IMG/VR virus record: IMGVR_UViG_3300038456_000415
Location: 1-59,268 of that record
DNA: 59,268 bases
Origin: a virus
Lineage: Duplodnaviria > Caudoviricetes
Strand: one strand, 5' to 3'
This document shows positions 36,941 through 45,819 of the stretch, one piece after another. The notes beneath the pieces were generated by a model. The model saw nothing but the letters and a program-made list of their open reading frames with translations, was not told the origin of the DNA and did no database searches. Numbering within the stretch: position 1 is the first letter of the stretch; each line of letters opens with the position of its first letter. Made by a program: the position numbers and the translations under genes.

Positions 36941-38599
36941 ATGGCACTTTTAACGGACCGCAAGGGCAAAAAGGGCAAAGGCGACCCCCTCATTTTCAGC
37001 GACACCAAGCAGGAGGCCATCCTTGGGCACGCGCTCACGAATCGCATGTTCTTCCTCCAGATTCACAACCATCTCGAGCCCGAGTGGTTCACGAAACCCA
37101 ACAACCAGAAGCTCTACAGCGCCCTGAAGAAGTTCTACGCTGTCGAAGGCAGGTTCCCCGTGACGCCCGAGGAGCTGATGAGCAGCATGCAGCTGCAGCG
37201 CGAGGACCAGGGTGTTCGCACAGGCATGACGGCGGCCCTCATCCTCTGTCTGGCCTCGATGCCCAATTTCGGGGCCGACCTCCTCATCAGGGACTTCGGG
37301 CTCTGGGCGCGCAGCGTCCTCCTCGAGAAGTACGTGCAGAAGAGCACGGATACCTTCAACGGGCACGACCCCGAGGCTGCCCTAGACGTGTACAAGGAGG
37401 GGTATCGAAAAATCCAGACCGCGGAGCTTCTCGGTGGTGGCCAGGCCACGGACTGGAACCTCGAGGTCTTCGTGGCCCAGCAGAAGTCCGACCTCCAGAA
37501 CGGCATCACCTTCGGCTGCCCCGAGCTGGACGCCAAGCTCAACTCTAGCGCCAAGGCCGGCGCGCTCCTGCGCGGGGACACCACGGTCGTGCTCGCGCCC
37601 TCGGGCATTGGGAAGACGACCACCCTGATTACGGTGGCGACGCATAACATCCTCAGGGGCAAGTCCGTGCTCTTCATCACGCACGAGGGGCGCTCCGAGG
37701 ACATCAAGTTCAAGGTCCTCTGCTGCGTTCTCCAGGTCACCAGGGAGGAGTTCCTCGCGCTCTACCACAGCGACAAGAACTTCCGGAAGAAGGCCAACTA
37801 CTTCAGCAACGTCATCAAGGCCAACCTCACGTACATCGCCTACAATCACTCCTTTCCGAACATCCACGACGTCGAGAAGCTCATTCGCCGCGAGCAGGAC
37901 CTGCGCATCCTCAGCAGCGCGAACGGCACGGGCTACGACCTGCTCATCGACGACTACCCGGCGCTGCTGTACACGGACGGCCTGCGCTCGGGCCAGCTCC
38001 AGAAGCGTATCAGCGACGAGCAGGTCTACGGGTGCTTCGTGAGCATGGCCCTGGACTTCGGCTTCCACTGTCTGGTCGCCATCCAGACGAACCGCGAGGG
38101 CAGCAAGGTCAACCGCGGCCAGGGCGTGAACCGCCTCCTGACCATGGAGGACGTCATGGAGAGCTGGGGCGTGATGACCAAGGCCACGAACGTGCTCACC
38201 ATCAACCGCAGCCCCACGGACATGGCCAAGAATCGCGTCATCTTCTACCTCTGCAAGAGCCGGAGTTCGGAGACGGACTTCGCGTTCTGCTGCAAGAGCG
38301 ACTACGCCCGCGCTACCACGCATGCGCCCGCGGGGTGGCCGTACGTCGCCGAGAACGAGGTCTTCACCGTCAAGGGCTTCAGCCGCCGGCCCGAGGTGGA
38401 CCTCAGCCGCTACGGGTGCACGGCCTGGGCCGGGCATGACGGCAGCACCGAGCGCCTGGACGCCCTCATCGACACCTACCGGGGCCAGACCATCCCCGAG
38501 AACGTCAAACGCGCGCACATGTCGGGCATGACCGCGAAGCCCATGGTGGGCGATGGTTCTGGACAAAAACCCCAAACTGTGGTACAGTCAGTGCCATAG
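36941..38599 (+). CDS. dnaB: Replicative DnaB-like (SF4) helicase
   Basis: APSGIGKTT, FITHE, IDDY, QTNR, KSR; N-terminal EAILG..L domain; AGGAG RBS. Confidence 0.9.
   Translation: MALLTDRKGKKGKGDPLIFSDTKQEAILGHALTNRMFFLQIHNHLEPEWFTKPNNQKLYSALKKFYAVEGRFPVTPEELMSSMQLQREDQGVRTGMTAALILCLASMPNFGADLLIRDFGLWARSVLLEKYVQKSTDTFNGHDPEAALDVYKEGYRKIQTAELLGGGQATDWNLEVFVAQQKSDLQNGITFGCPELDAKLNSSAKAGALLRGDTTVVLAPSGIGKTTTLITVATHNILRGKSVLFITHEGRSEDIKFKVLCCVLQVTREEFLALYHSDKNFRKKANYFSNVIKANLTYIAYNHSFPNIHDVEKLIRREQDLRILSSANGTGYDLLIDDYPALLYTDGLRSGQLQKRISDEQVYGCFVSMALDFGFHCLVAIQTNREGSKVNRGQGVNRLLTMEDVMESWGVMTKATNVLTINRSPTDMAKNRVIFYLCKSRSSETDFAFCCKSDYARATTHAPAGWPYVAENEVFTVKGFSRRPEVDLSRYGCTAWAGHDGSTERLDALIDTYRGQTIPENVKRAHMSGMTAKPMVGDGSGQKPQTVVQSVP
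38578..38588 (+). promoter_or_regulatory. Promoter TGTGGTACAGT
   Basis: Inside the dnaB 3' end, before clpP. Confidence 0.65.
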
Positions 38600-38601
38600 A
38601 T

Positions 38602-39180
38602 ATGGACGCCAAGGACCGGTACGACAGCATTGCCATGGACGGGGTCGACCTCCCCGAGAGGACGCTCTTCCTGACGGGGGACATCGACTACGAGATGGCC
38701 CAGCGTGTGCAGGCCGGTCTGGGTGTCCTTTCCGCTAGTGGGGCCGGCGTCATCAGGGTAGTGCTCTCCAGCAATGGCGGGGATGAGGATGCCGGTTTCC
38801 TGATTTTCGAGGCCATCCGGGGGTGTGCGAACAGAGTTCTCGTCATTGGCTCCGGTTCGGTCATGAGTGTGGCCGCCCTCATCCTCCAGGCCGGGGACTG
38901 GCGCCTCCTAACCCCGGCCTGCCGCGTCATGGTCCATGGGGGCAACGCCAAGCTCAAGAACAACATCCACCAGCAGATGCACGTCGTCGAGGTCGCAAAG
39001 GAGATGGAGGTGCGCACCCGCCAGTACGCGACCCTCATTGCAGAGCGGGCGGGCCTGAAGCCGTCGAGGGTTATGAGCTGGTGCCGCCGCGACAAATTCT
39101 TCAGCGCTGACGAGGCCGTTCGTATGGGTCTCGCCGATGGCGTCGCCCACCCTCCCTTCAAGAAGAAAGGCAAGTCATGA
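38602..39180 (+). CDS. clpP: ClpP-family serine protease
   Basis: RTLFLTGDID, SSNGG, VMSVAA (Ser), MVH (His), RDKFFSADEA..GLAD (Asp). Confidence 0.9.
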   Translation: MDAKDRYDSIAMDGVDLPERTLFLTGDIDYEMAQRVQAGLGVLSASGAGVIRVVLSSNGGDEDAGFLIFEAIRGCANRVLVIGSGSVMSVAALILQAGDWRLLTPACRVMVHGGNAKLKNNIHQQMHVVEVAKEMEVRTRQYATLIAERAGLKPSRVMSWCRRDKFFSADEAVRMGLADGVAHPPFKKKGKS

Positions 39181-39854
39181 CCCTCCCGAACACGAACGTG
39201 ACCCTCGATACCCCCAAGAAGAAGGGCATCGCCGCCCTGGTGCTCTTGCTGACCTTCATCGTGGGCTTTGCCTTCGGGAAGTTCAACAACAAGCCCAACA
39301 TCAAGATTGACCAGAAGACGCAGACCGCGACCCAGCAGACCGGCAATGACGTCCAAAAGGACGTCACCAACGTCCAAGACCAGAAGCAGGTTCTCGCCGC
39401 CAAGGACGAGAACAAGAACCTCGACAAGAGCACGGACGTCGTCACGACCACGACCACGGACAAGAAGCCCACTGGCGAGGAAATCACGACCACCAAGACC
39501 GAGACCAAGACGCACGTGAAGACCAGCGACCAGACCAAGCAGGGCCTCAAGGAGGCCGTCAAGGACAACAGCGTCGACAAGAAGAGCGACGTCGACAACA
39601 CCAAGACCGACACCCAGAGCAAGACCTCCTTCCAGGAGACCATCACCCAGAGCCAGCCCAACTGGCGCCTAGCCGCCTTCGTGGGCCTGGACACGTCGGG
39701 GCTGAGCCTCAGTGGTAACGCCCTGGTGACGGGCCCGCTCCTGTACGGGGGCGAGGTCGACCGGCGCATCCTCGGCCCCATCTGGCTGGGCGTGCTCGCC
39801 GAGAAGACCGGCGGCGGCTTCGGCATTGCCGGCGACGTCAGCGTGCAGTTCTGA
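39177..39854 (+). CDS. Membrane-anchored envelope protein (N-terminal TM, T/K/D-rich linker, C-terminal beta-strands ending in Phe)
   Basis: KKK followed by a hydrophobic helix; C-terminus ...GDVSVQF. Confidence 0.7.
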   Translation: MTLPNTNVTLDTPKKKGIAALVLLLTFIVGFAFGKFNNKPNIKIDQKTQTATQQTGNDVQKDVTNVQDQKQVLAAKDENKNLDKSTDVVTTTTTDKKPTGEEITTTKTETKTHVKTSDQTKQGLKEAVKDNSVDKKSDVDNTKTDTQSKTSFQETITQSQPNWRLAAFVGLDTSGLSLSGNALVTGPLLYGGEVDRRILGPIWLGVLAEKTGGGFGIAGDVSVQF

Positions 39855-39864
39855 GGAGATTATC

Positions 39865-40104
39865 ATGACCATCAAGTTCAAGAAGTGGGCCAAAGGTGCC
39901 GTGCACATCTCCCGGGAGGAGCGAGACCGCATGGCCGAGGATGCCGTGCGGAAGCTGCGAAGGTTCCCATTTACCAACTACATCTGCTACGTCACAGGGG
40001 ACACCCTGGTGCTGGCCCAGAGAATCAACGACGGTGACATCGACCTCATTTCTGTCAGCGACTGCAAGCTTCGGCGGCGCGCCGAGTTTCCCGAAAAGGA
40101 GTAA
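39865..40104 (+). CDS. Hypothetical protein
   Basis: GAGGAG RBS. Confidence 0.65.
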   Translation: MTIKFKKWAKGAVHISREERDRMAEDAVRKLRRFPFTNYICYVTGDTLVLAQRINDGDIDLISVSDCKLRRRAEFPEKE

Positions 40105-40108
40105 CCCC

Positions 40109-40471
40109 ATGGCCCTGAGTTTCTCTGAAGTCTACATCCCCTTCGCGCAGCCCACGCAGGCGCAAGTGCCTGAGGCACAGCCCAAGCCTCTGGGTCTCGA
40201 TTACAGCACCCTCAAGCGCCTGGACCCCCCGTTTGTGGTCACTCCCGGGGGGTACAAGCTCACCCAGAGGGTTCAGGACGCCCTTACAAATTGCGTCCTC
40301 ATGTATCTGTCCATCAAGGGCAAGGACAAGTGCTTTCGGTGCTGCAACACGGGCATCGTCAAGTGGGTGGCCAACGGGGCCACCGCCAAGGTCTGCCAGT
40401 GCGTGCGTGAGGGGGCTGCGGTCCTGCTTGCTTCTGAAGCCACCGCCGACACCTTCGAGGAACACGCGTGA
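40109..40471 (+). CDS. Hypothetical zinc-finger protein
   Basis: CFRCCNTG...CQC; AAGGAG RBS. Confidence 0.65.
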   Translation: MALSFSEVYIPFAQPTQAQVPEAQPKPLGLDYSTLKRLDPPFVVTPGGYKLTQRVQDALTNCVLMYLSIKGKDKCFRCCNTGIVKWVANGATAKVCQCVREGAAVLLASEATADTFEEHA

Positions 40472-40887
40472 GCGTCAAGACCTTCGAGCGGGTCGCGGCC
40501 AAGGTCCCCTACCGGGTCGAGGGGGAGATGCTCCCCAGCGGGGCTGCCGTCTTCACCTTCACGCCCTCGTTGCCGGGGCGCTCGCCCGTCATCTCCGTCG
40601 ATGAGGACACGGTCGCGGACATCGTGCGCTTCGCCGACGTGGGCGTCAAGTACGACCACGAGGCCGAGGAGATGATACTGACCCTCGACTACCTCGACGA
40701 GATGCGCGAGAACGAGGATGCCCCCGAGTTCCTGGTGGGCTCCCAGGCCGTGCCTGCGGAATTCGTGCTCGAACTCGTCCTGGACCAGGTGGTGCTCCCA
40801 TGTGACCATTGCGAGGGCTTCCACTTCGGCGAGGACGTCACTCCCGACGACGTTGCCAAACTCAAGAAGCCCGTGTACCTTAACTAG
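40468..40887 (+). CDS. Acidic hypothetical protein
   Basis: GTGA overlap; D/E-rich; CDHC. Confidence 0.65.
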   Translation: MSVKTFERVAAKVPYRVEGEMLPSGAAVFTFTPSLPGRSPVISVDEDTVADIVRFADVGVKYDHEAEEMILTLDYLDEMRENEDAPEFLVGSQAVPAEFVLELVLDQVVLPCDHCEGFHFGEDVTPDDVAKLKKPVYLN

Positions 40888-40893
40888 ACCCCC

Positions 40894-41898
40894 ATGGAAA
40901 ACGCGGACATGCTGCTGGTGCGGGACCATTCCTCACCCCACGCCTTCAACCTGGCCATCGGGGAGCCGTTTTTCTTGCACGAGCACCTGCACTTCCTCGA
41001 GGCCACGGCGACCGGGGGGCCCTACCTGTACCCGCAGAGCCGCGGCGAGCCGGAGCTGCTCAAGGAGCTGGAGCGCCGCCATCACGGCATGCACGTGGTC
41101 GTGACCGTTGGCGCCAAGCAGGGCATCTCCGCTGCCCTGGCGGCCTATGCGGAGGTCTATGGCACTGAGGCAGCCATCCACACGGCTCCTTATTGGCCTA
41201 GTTATCCTATCCTGGCCAAACGGGAGTTCCCTATCTATGGCCTCGGGTCTATGGCGAGCTACATGGGGGGTCCGAACAAGGTCGTGCGCGTCGCCACGAG
41301 CCCCAACAACCCAGATGGCACCGAGAGCACCGAGGACTGCGACATCTGGGACGCCGCGTACGCCTCGTCGGTGTACGGCTTCACAACCCCACCCGCACAC
41401 TGGACCGTGGCCGTGTACAGCGCCGCCAAGCTCCTAGGCCTATCGGGGCTCCGCATCGGCTGGGTCGTGACCGCGGACGCTCGCCTGGCCAAGGCCATCG
41501 CGGTCTACGTGGAGCGCTTCACCTCGGGCGTGTGCGTGACCTCGCAGCGGCACCTCGCCTACGCTCTGAAGCATCTGCGCGTCAATGACGACCACGCCTT
41601 CTTCGACGCGGCCCGGAAAACGCTCCTGAAGAACGGCGAGACCTTCATGAAGCTCCTCGGGGACCGCCTGAGCCGCGTCGATGGCGTGCCCACCAGTGGT
41701 AAGGGCATGTTCGCGTGGTTCCACGTACCCGGCGACAGCCTCCAGAGCTTCAAAGATGCCCTGACGACCTCCAAGGTCCTGCTCATGCCCGGGGAAGCCT
41801 TTGGGATGGTCGAGCCCGGGTGGTATCGTATGTCCATGGGTCACCACGACGGCTACACCTACCGGGCCCTGAAGGCCCTCGCGGAGGCCTGGGTATGA
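40894..41898 (+). CDS. PLP-dependent aminotransferase class I/II
   Basis: NLAIGEP, VTVGAKQG, PYWPSY, SPNNPDG, DAAY, SAAK..GLSGLRIGW (PLP Lys), PG.AFG, R.S. Confidence 0.9.
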   Translation: MENADMLLVRDHSSPHAFNLAIGEPFFLHEHLHFLEATATGGPYLYPQSRGEPELLKELERRHHGMHVVVTVGAKQGISAALAAYAEVYGTEAAIHTAPYWPSYPILAKREFPIYGLGSMASYMGGPNKVVRVATSPNNPDGTESTEDCDIWDAAYASSVYGFTTPPAHWTVAVYSAAKLLGLSGLRIGWVVTADARLAKAIAVYVERFTSGVCVTSQRHLAYALKHLRVNDDHAFFDAARKTLLKNGETFMKLLGDRLSRVDGVPTSGKGMFAWFHVPGDSLQSFKDALTTSKVLLMPGEAFGMVEPGWYRMSMGHHDGYTYRALKALAEAWV

Positions 41899-42566
41899 GG
41901 AAGAATTCCTTTGCGAAGGCCAGTCACCATGAACTCGAATTGAAATTCGACCTCACCACTGACGACATGGATGTGAAACTCCTGCGCCGCCGGTTCCTGT
42001 CCACGCTGTCCAAGGACTTCACCCTGGACAAGGTCTACACCATCACGAGCCCGGACGTGTACTACCGACAGGGCAAAAACGTACTTCGTTTCCGTGCCGA
42101 CCCCAAGAAGGTCGCCGGGGAACTGACGGTGAAGCTCCGCACGAGCAAGCAGAGCATCGCCAATCGCGTGGAGGTGGACCTACACCTCTCCAAGAAGACC
42201 ACCGATGACGACGTCCGCGCCTTCCTGGCCGCGACGGGATGGGGGGTCGAGCTGGCCATCGACAAGACCTCGACCATCGTACACATCGGGTCCACGCGCC
42301 TCTTCCCGGGGCAGAAACGCAGTCCGCCGACCATCCTGGCCTTCTATGTGGTCAACCTCGTCTCCGAGCCGGGGGTGGTACGCGCCTTCCTCGAGGTCGA
42401 ACTAGACAAGGACCACCTGACGGACCTCCGGGGCGCCGAGAAGCACCTCCGGAACTGGCACCGGTACTTCCTCAACGCGTTCCCGAACTTCCCACGGGAA
42501 CCCGTCGGCAAGAGCCTGTACGAGTTGTACACGGGGAAGACGTACCAGATGGCGAGGGAGAAATAA
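41895..42566 (+). CDS. CYTH / triphosphate tunnel metalloenzyme
   Basis: ELELKF, DVYY, LRFR, LTVK, RVE, FLEVE, SLYE. Confidence 0.8.
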   Translation: MRKNSFAKASHHELELKFDLTTDDMDVKLLRRRFLSTLSKDFTLDKVYTITSPDVYYRQGKNVLRFRADPKKVAGELTVKLRTSKQSIANRVEVDLHLSKKTTDDDVRAFLAATGWGVELAIDKTSTIVHIGSTRLFPGQKRSPPTILAFYVVNLVSEPGVVRAFLEVELDKDHLTDLRGAEKHLRNWHRYFLNAFPNFPREPVGKSLYELYTGKTYQMAREK

Positions 42567-42567
42567 C

Positions 42568-42801
42568 ATGACGCGGAAAGATTTCAAGGAATCAGTGGAC
42601 GCAGTCCTGGTGGAGAACCTCGAGGAAACGCTCACGCCGGCTGAGCTGTCCAAAATCAGCAAGGAAATCGTGGCACGCGTGGACATCGACTGGGACCCAT
42701 TCGAATCAGAAGACCCACTCGGTGTCGGCCTGGAGGGCGACTTCGATGGCCCCGAAGAGAGCGACGGCCCCAGCCACAGCTTCGACGAGGACGAAGACTG
42801 A
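42568..42801 (+). CDS. Small acidic protein
   Basis: GGAG RBS; very acidic tail. Confidence 0.65.
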   Translation: MTRKDFKESVDAVLVENLEETLTPAELSKISKEIVARVDIDWDPFESEDPLGVGLEGDFDGPEESDGPSHSFDEDED

Positions 42802-42808
42802 CGTCATT

Positions 42809-43453
42809 GTGGCCGCAAATCTACACATCGAGGCCATGGCCTGGTTGAGGTACACCAAGCAGCTCCCCCTTGTCTGCACCGAGGTGGGCCGATGGAATGC
42901 GGACGTGCTTGGCATCGGCCCCAAGTACAGCATCGAGGTCGAAATCAAGAAGAGCATCAGCGACCTTCGCAACGACTTCAAGAACAAGCGCAACAAACAC
43001 CATTTCTATGCCCAGGGCGGGGGCTTTCAGCGTACGTGCGCGGTTCCGAACTACCTCTACTTCCTGGTCCCGGAGGTCCTAAGGGAAAAGGCCGAGGTCG
43101 TGCTCCAGGACCAGAACCCCAAGTACGGCCTCCTCTGGGTACCCACCTTCAGCTTCGACCGGGAGACGCAGAGCCTCGGGTACGCCGCAGGCAAGAACCT
43201 CCAGTCGGCCAAGAGGGCCACGCGCTTGCACGACAACCCCCCGGCGGGGAGCGTTATCCAGAACGCCATGCGCAGGCTCAGCAGCGAGCTTGTGGGCCTC
43301 TACCAGAGCCATGAGCGTCTCGAGTTGGACATCATACATTACCTCGAGGAGATTCGCGCGAACGTGAGAGCGAGTGCCGCCGTGGTGGCGGGCTTCACCC
43401 CAGAACCGCCTGAGCCCGACTACACCCAGGAGGACAGCGACCATGAAGCGTAA
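42809..43453 (+). CDS. MmcB-like PD-(D/E)XK nuclease (start uncertain)
   Basis: EV...ADVLG...IEVEIKKSISDLRND...NYLYFLVP...YGLL. Confidence 0.75.
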   Translation: MAANLHIEAMAWLRYTKQLPLVCTEVGRWNADVLGIGPKYSIEVEIKKSISDLRNDFKNKRNKHHFYAQGGGFQRTCAVPNYLYFLVPEVLREKAEVVLQDQNPKYGLLWVPTFSFDRETQSLGYAAGKNLQSAKRATRLHDNPPAGSVIQNAMRRLSSELVGLYQSHERLELDIIHYLEEIRANVRASAAVVAGFTPEPPEPDYTQEDSDHEA

Positions 43454-43691
43454 TCCCCTCATCCGAATCCCCATCAACGACCACCAGACCCGGTACAAGC
43501 TCACGTACGAGAGCCTGCCCTGTGAGCCCACGTCCGTCTCGGGACGCGTGGAGCAGATGTACATGCTCCAGACCCTCACGGACCAACCGCAATTATGTTA
43601 CTGTGGAAACGTGCCCTTCGACACCCTAAAGGTCTACCACAATTCCGTCTGTTGGATAATCGAGATGGAAGCCGTGGAGACCCATGTCTAG
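43443..43691 (+). CDS. Hypothetical protein
   Basis: GGAGG RBS; coupled to neighbours. Confidence 0.6.
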   Translation: MKRNPLIRIPINDHQTRYKLTYESLPCEPTSVSGRVEQMYMLQTLTDQPQLCYCGNVPFDTLKVYHNSVCWIIEMEAVETHV

Positions 43692-43965
43692 GCCCTCGCG
43701 TAAGTCCGAGATGGAGGCCGAAACGCTCGAGCTGCGCCAGGAGAACGAGAACCTGCGACGCACCGTGTCGCGCCTGCGGAAGCGCTTGCAGAAGCTTGAG
43801 GCGGCCGTGCCCGTCGTCGAGGAGGAATCCCCGGCGCCTAAGCCCGTGAGCCCCGACGCGGCGAAGTGCGCGAAGTGCGCGGGCACCGAGTTCAAGTTCT
43901 TCCAGACCCCGAAGTTCCTGGTCCGCATCTGCGTGAAGTGCAAGGACCGCGTGCGTGTGGTATAA
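43684..43965 (+). CDS. Coiled-coil plus C4 zinc-ribbon protein
   Basis: LRQENENLRR..; CAKC...CVKC. Confidence 0.7.
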   Translation: MSRPSRKSEMEAETLELRQENENLRRTVSRLRKRLQKLEAAVPVVEEESPAPKPVSPDAAKCAKCAGTEFKFFQTPKFLVRICVKCKDRVRVV

Positions 43966-43966
43966 T
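43956..43966 (+). promoter_or_regulatory. Promoter TGTGGTATAAT
   Basis: Perfect extended -10; contains the upstream stop codon; ATG 6 nt later. Confidence 0.75.
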
Positions 43967-43972
43967 ACGCCC

Positions 43973-44204
43973 ATGGACACTTTAACCCCAGAAGACATCG
44001 CCGAAGGAATAGTGAGACCCGTCACCAGGGCTGTCATGACGCTGTTGTTCTACGCGGGCGGAGCGTATATCATGGGCCAACTGCCAGTTTTTCGCTGGCT
44101 GGACCTTCTGGCAGTGCATCGGGGTCCAGTTCCTGGCCAAGAACATCCTCAGGTCCGCCAAGGCCGAGGTCACCGTGGTTTCACCAAGTAGGAGAGCGCC
44201 ATGA
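43973..44204 (+). CDS. Small membrane protein with apparent +1 frameshift
   Basis: After T5 (44088-44092) the +1 frame reads FAGWTFWQCIGVQFLAKNIL with strong GC3 and ends in an ATGA overlap with the ligase. Confidence 0.55.
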
Positions 44205-45241
44205 GTGAGTTCGCCTGCCCCGTCGTCCGCGTCGGAGCCATCACCAAACACCCCCAGGCTGACCTCCTGAGCATCACCGAAATCGATGGCTGTCCCGTCA
44301 TCTTCAAGACCGAGGACTTCAAGGAGGGCGACCTGGCCATCTACGTGCCCATCGAATCCGTGGTCAAGCAGGACAGCGAGGGCGGTAGACTGATGCCCTG
44401 GTTGGAGTGGAAGTACAACGGCACGTCCCGCATCAAGGCCAAGAAACTCCGCGGCGTCTTCTCCATGGGGGTGCTCATCCCCGCGGGCGTGACCTTCGGG
44501 TACACGGAGGGCGCTGACTACGCGGCCGCCTTGGGCATCGAGAAATACGTGGAGCCCGAGCACCTCGACACCCGCGGCCAGGACGAGCAGGCCCCCCAGG
44601 GCTTCCAAATCCCCGTTTACGATATGGACAGTTTCCGCAAGTACAAGGGCCTGTTCCAGCCCGGGGAGTACGTGGCCATCACGGAGAAGATTCACGGCTG
44701 CAATGCTCGCTTCGCGTTCCTGAACGGAGCCCTGCAGGTGGGCAGTCACAACCGCTGGAAGCGCCGGCCGCCCGAGGGTGTCGTGCCCGGCAAGAGCGAT
44801 GTCTGGTGGAAGCTCGCCCTCCAGGAGAACCTCGAGACGCGCCTGAACCACCCAGAGGTCGTGGACCGGTACTGCTTCTACGGAGAGGTCTACGGCCAGG
44901 TGCAGGACCTCAAGTACGGCGTCCCCAGTGGGGTGAAGTGTGTCATGTTCGACATCCTTGACCTCAAGACCTTGAAGTGGCTGGACTATCCGGAGTTCCT
45001 GGCCGTGTGTGGGGCCCTGAACCTTGAGACGGCCCCGTGCCTCTACACGGGCGTCCTGGACGAGGCCAAGGCCTTCGAGCTGGCCGAGGGGCTCTCCGAG
45101 CTAGGTGAGGGCAAGTGCATCCGCGAGGGTGTCGTCATCAGACCCCTCCTGGAGCGCCAGGACTTGCGCCATGGGCGTGTATGCCTTAAACTGCATGGGC
45201 AGGGCTATCTACTGCGCAAGGGAGGGACAGAGGCCCATTGA
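44201..45241 (+). CDS. RNA ligase (DRB0094 / Rnl5 family)
   Basis: N-terminal HPQADLL OB-like domain; EKIHG (motif I), YGEVYG, FDI, REGVVI, LK. Confidence 0.9.
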   Translation: MSEFACPVVRVGAITKHPQADLLSITEIDGCPVIFKTEDFKEGDLAIYVPIESVVKQDSEGGRLMPWLEWKYNGTSRIKAKKLRGVFSMGVLIPAGVTFGYTEGADYAAALGIEKYVEPEHLDTRGQDEQAPQGFQIPVYDMDSFRKYKGLFQPGEYVAITEKIHGCNARFAFLNGALQVGSHNRWKRRPPEGVVPGKSDVWWKLALQENLETRLNHPEVVDRYCFYGEVYGQVQDLKYGVPSGVKCVMFDILDLKTLKWLDYPEFLAVCGALNLETAPCLYTGVLDEAKAFELAEGLSELGEGKCIREGVVIRPLLERQDLRHGRVCLKLHGQGYLLRKGGTEAH

Positions 45242-45266
45242 CAACCGGCGGGCAAACCTGTAGAGT
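45238..45266 (+). promoter_or_regulatory. Host sigma-70-type promoter TTGACA-N17-TAGAGT
   Basis: Perfect -35; shares TGTAGAGTGAGGCnATG with the 15420 promoter. Confidence 0.75.
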
Positions 45267-45272
45267 GAGGCC

Positions 45273-45548
45273 ATGACCATGACAATCGAAGTCACCGAAC
45301 AGGACATCCTCGATGGCTGCAGCAGGAGCACTCAGAACTGTCCCATTGCCCGCGCGAGCAAGCGCGCTGGACTGGGGCCGCTTGTTTTCGTCAATGGGTT
45401 CTCCATCAAGACCTATGGGGCCAGGGGTGTCAAGCCTATCGCACGCTATGCATTGCCCCAAGAGGCCTGCGACTTCGTGGTGGACTATGATGCGGGCGAA
45501 CCCGTGTTGCCCTTCAGCTTCGAGATTGACCTCAAGGCTGGCTACTAG
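45273..45548 (+). CDS. Small hypothetical protein, tandem paralog 1
   Basis: IEVTEQDI..G....CPIARA..RAG...LP..A..F...YD.G..V.PF.FE. Confidence 0.75.
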   Translation: MTMTIEVTEQDILDGCSRSTQNCPIARASKRAGLGPLVFVNGFSIKTYGARGVKPIARYALPQEACDFVVDYDAGEPVLPFSFEIDLKAGY

Positions 45549-45550
45549 CC

Positions 45551-45817
45551 ATGAAAGTCGAAGTCACACAGAACGACATCGATATTGGGCTGCCAAGGAG
45601 TGCTACTTCATGCCCGGTAGCACGAGCCTGCAATCGAGCAGGCTTTTATGGCGCAACAGTGGGCGTGACCCGGTTGCTGTATTTTGACGGACACCAGACG
45701 GTGGGCATCGATATGCCCTCTCAAGTTACGAATTTTATCAAGGCTTTCGACGATGGCCGACGCCGCGTCGAGCCCTTTGTTTTCGAGCTGGACGACATCG
45801 TCAGGGAGGGGCTCTGA
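45551..45817 (+). CDS. Small hypothetical protein, tandem paralog 2
   Basis: VEVTQNDI..G....CPVARA..RAG...MP..V..F...FD.G...V.PF.FE. Confidence 0.75.
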   Translation: MKVEVTQNDIDIGLPRSATSCPVARACNRAGFYGATVGVTRLLYFDGHQTVGIDMPSQVTNFIKAFDDGRRRVEPFVFELDDIVREGL

Positions 45818-45819
45818 CC

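Noticed and set aside
4374-38599. Active inteins or group I introns in terL, nrdJ, dnaE, recA or dnaB
   Set aside because: No HN-C/S/T junctions, LAGLIDADG motifs or frame interruptions seen; gene lengths are normal
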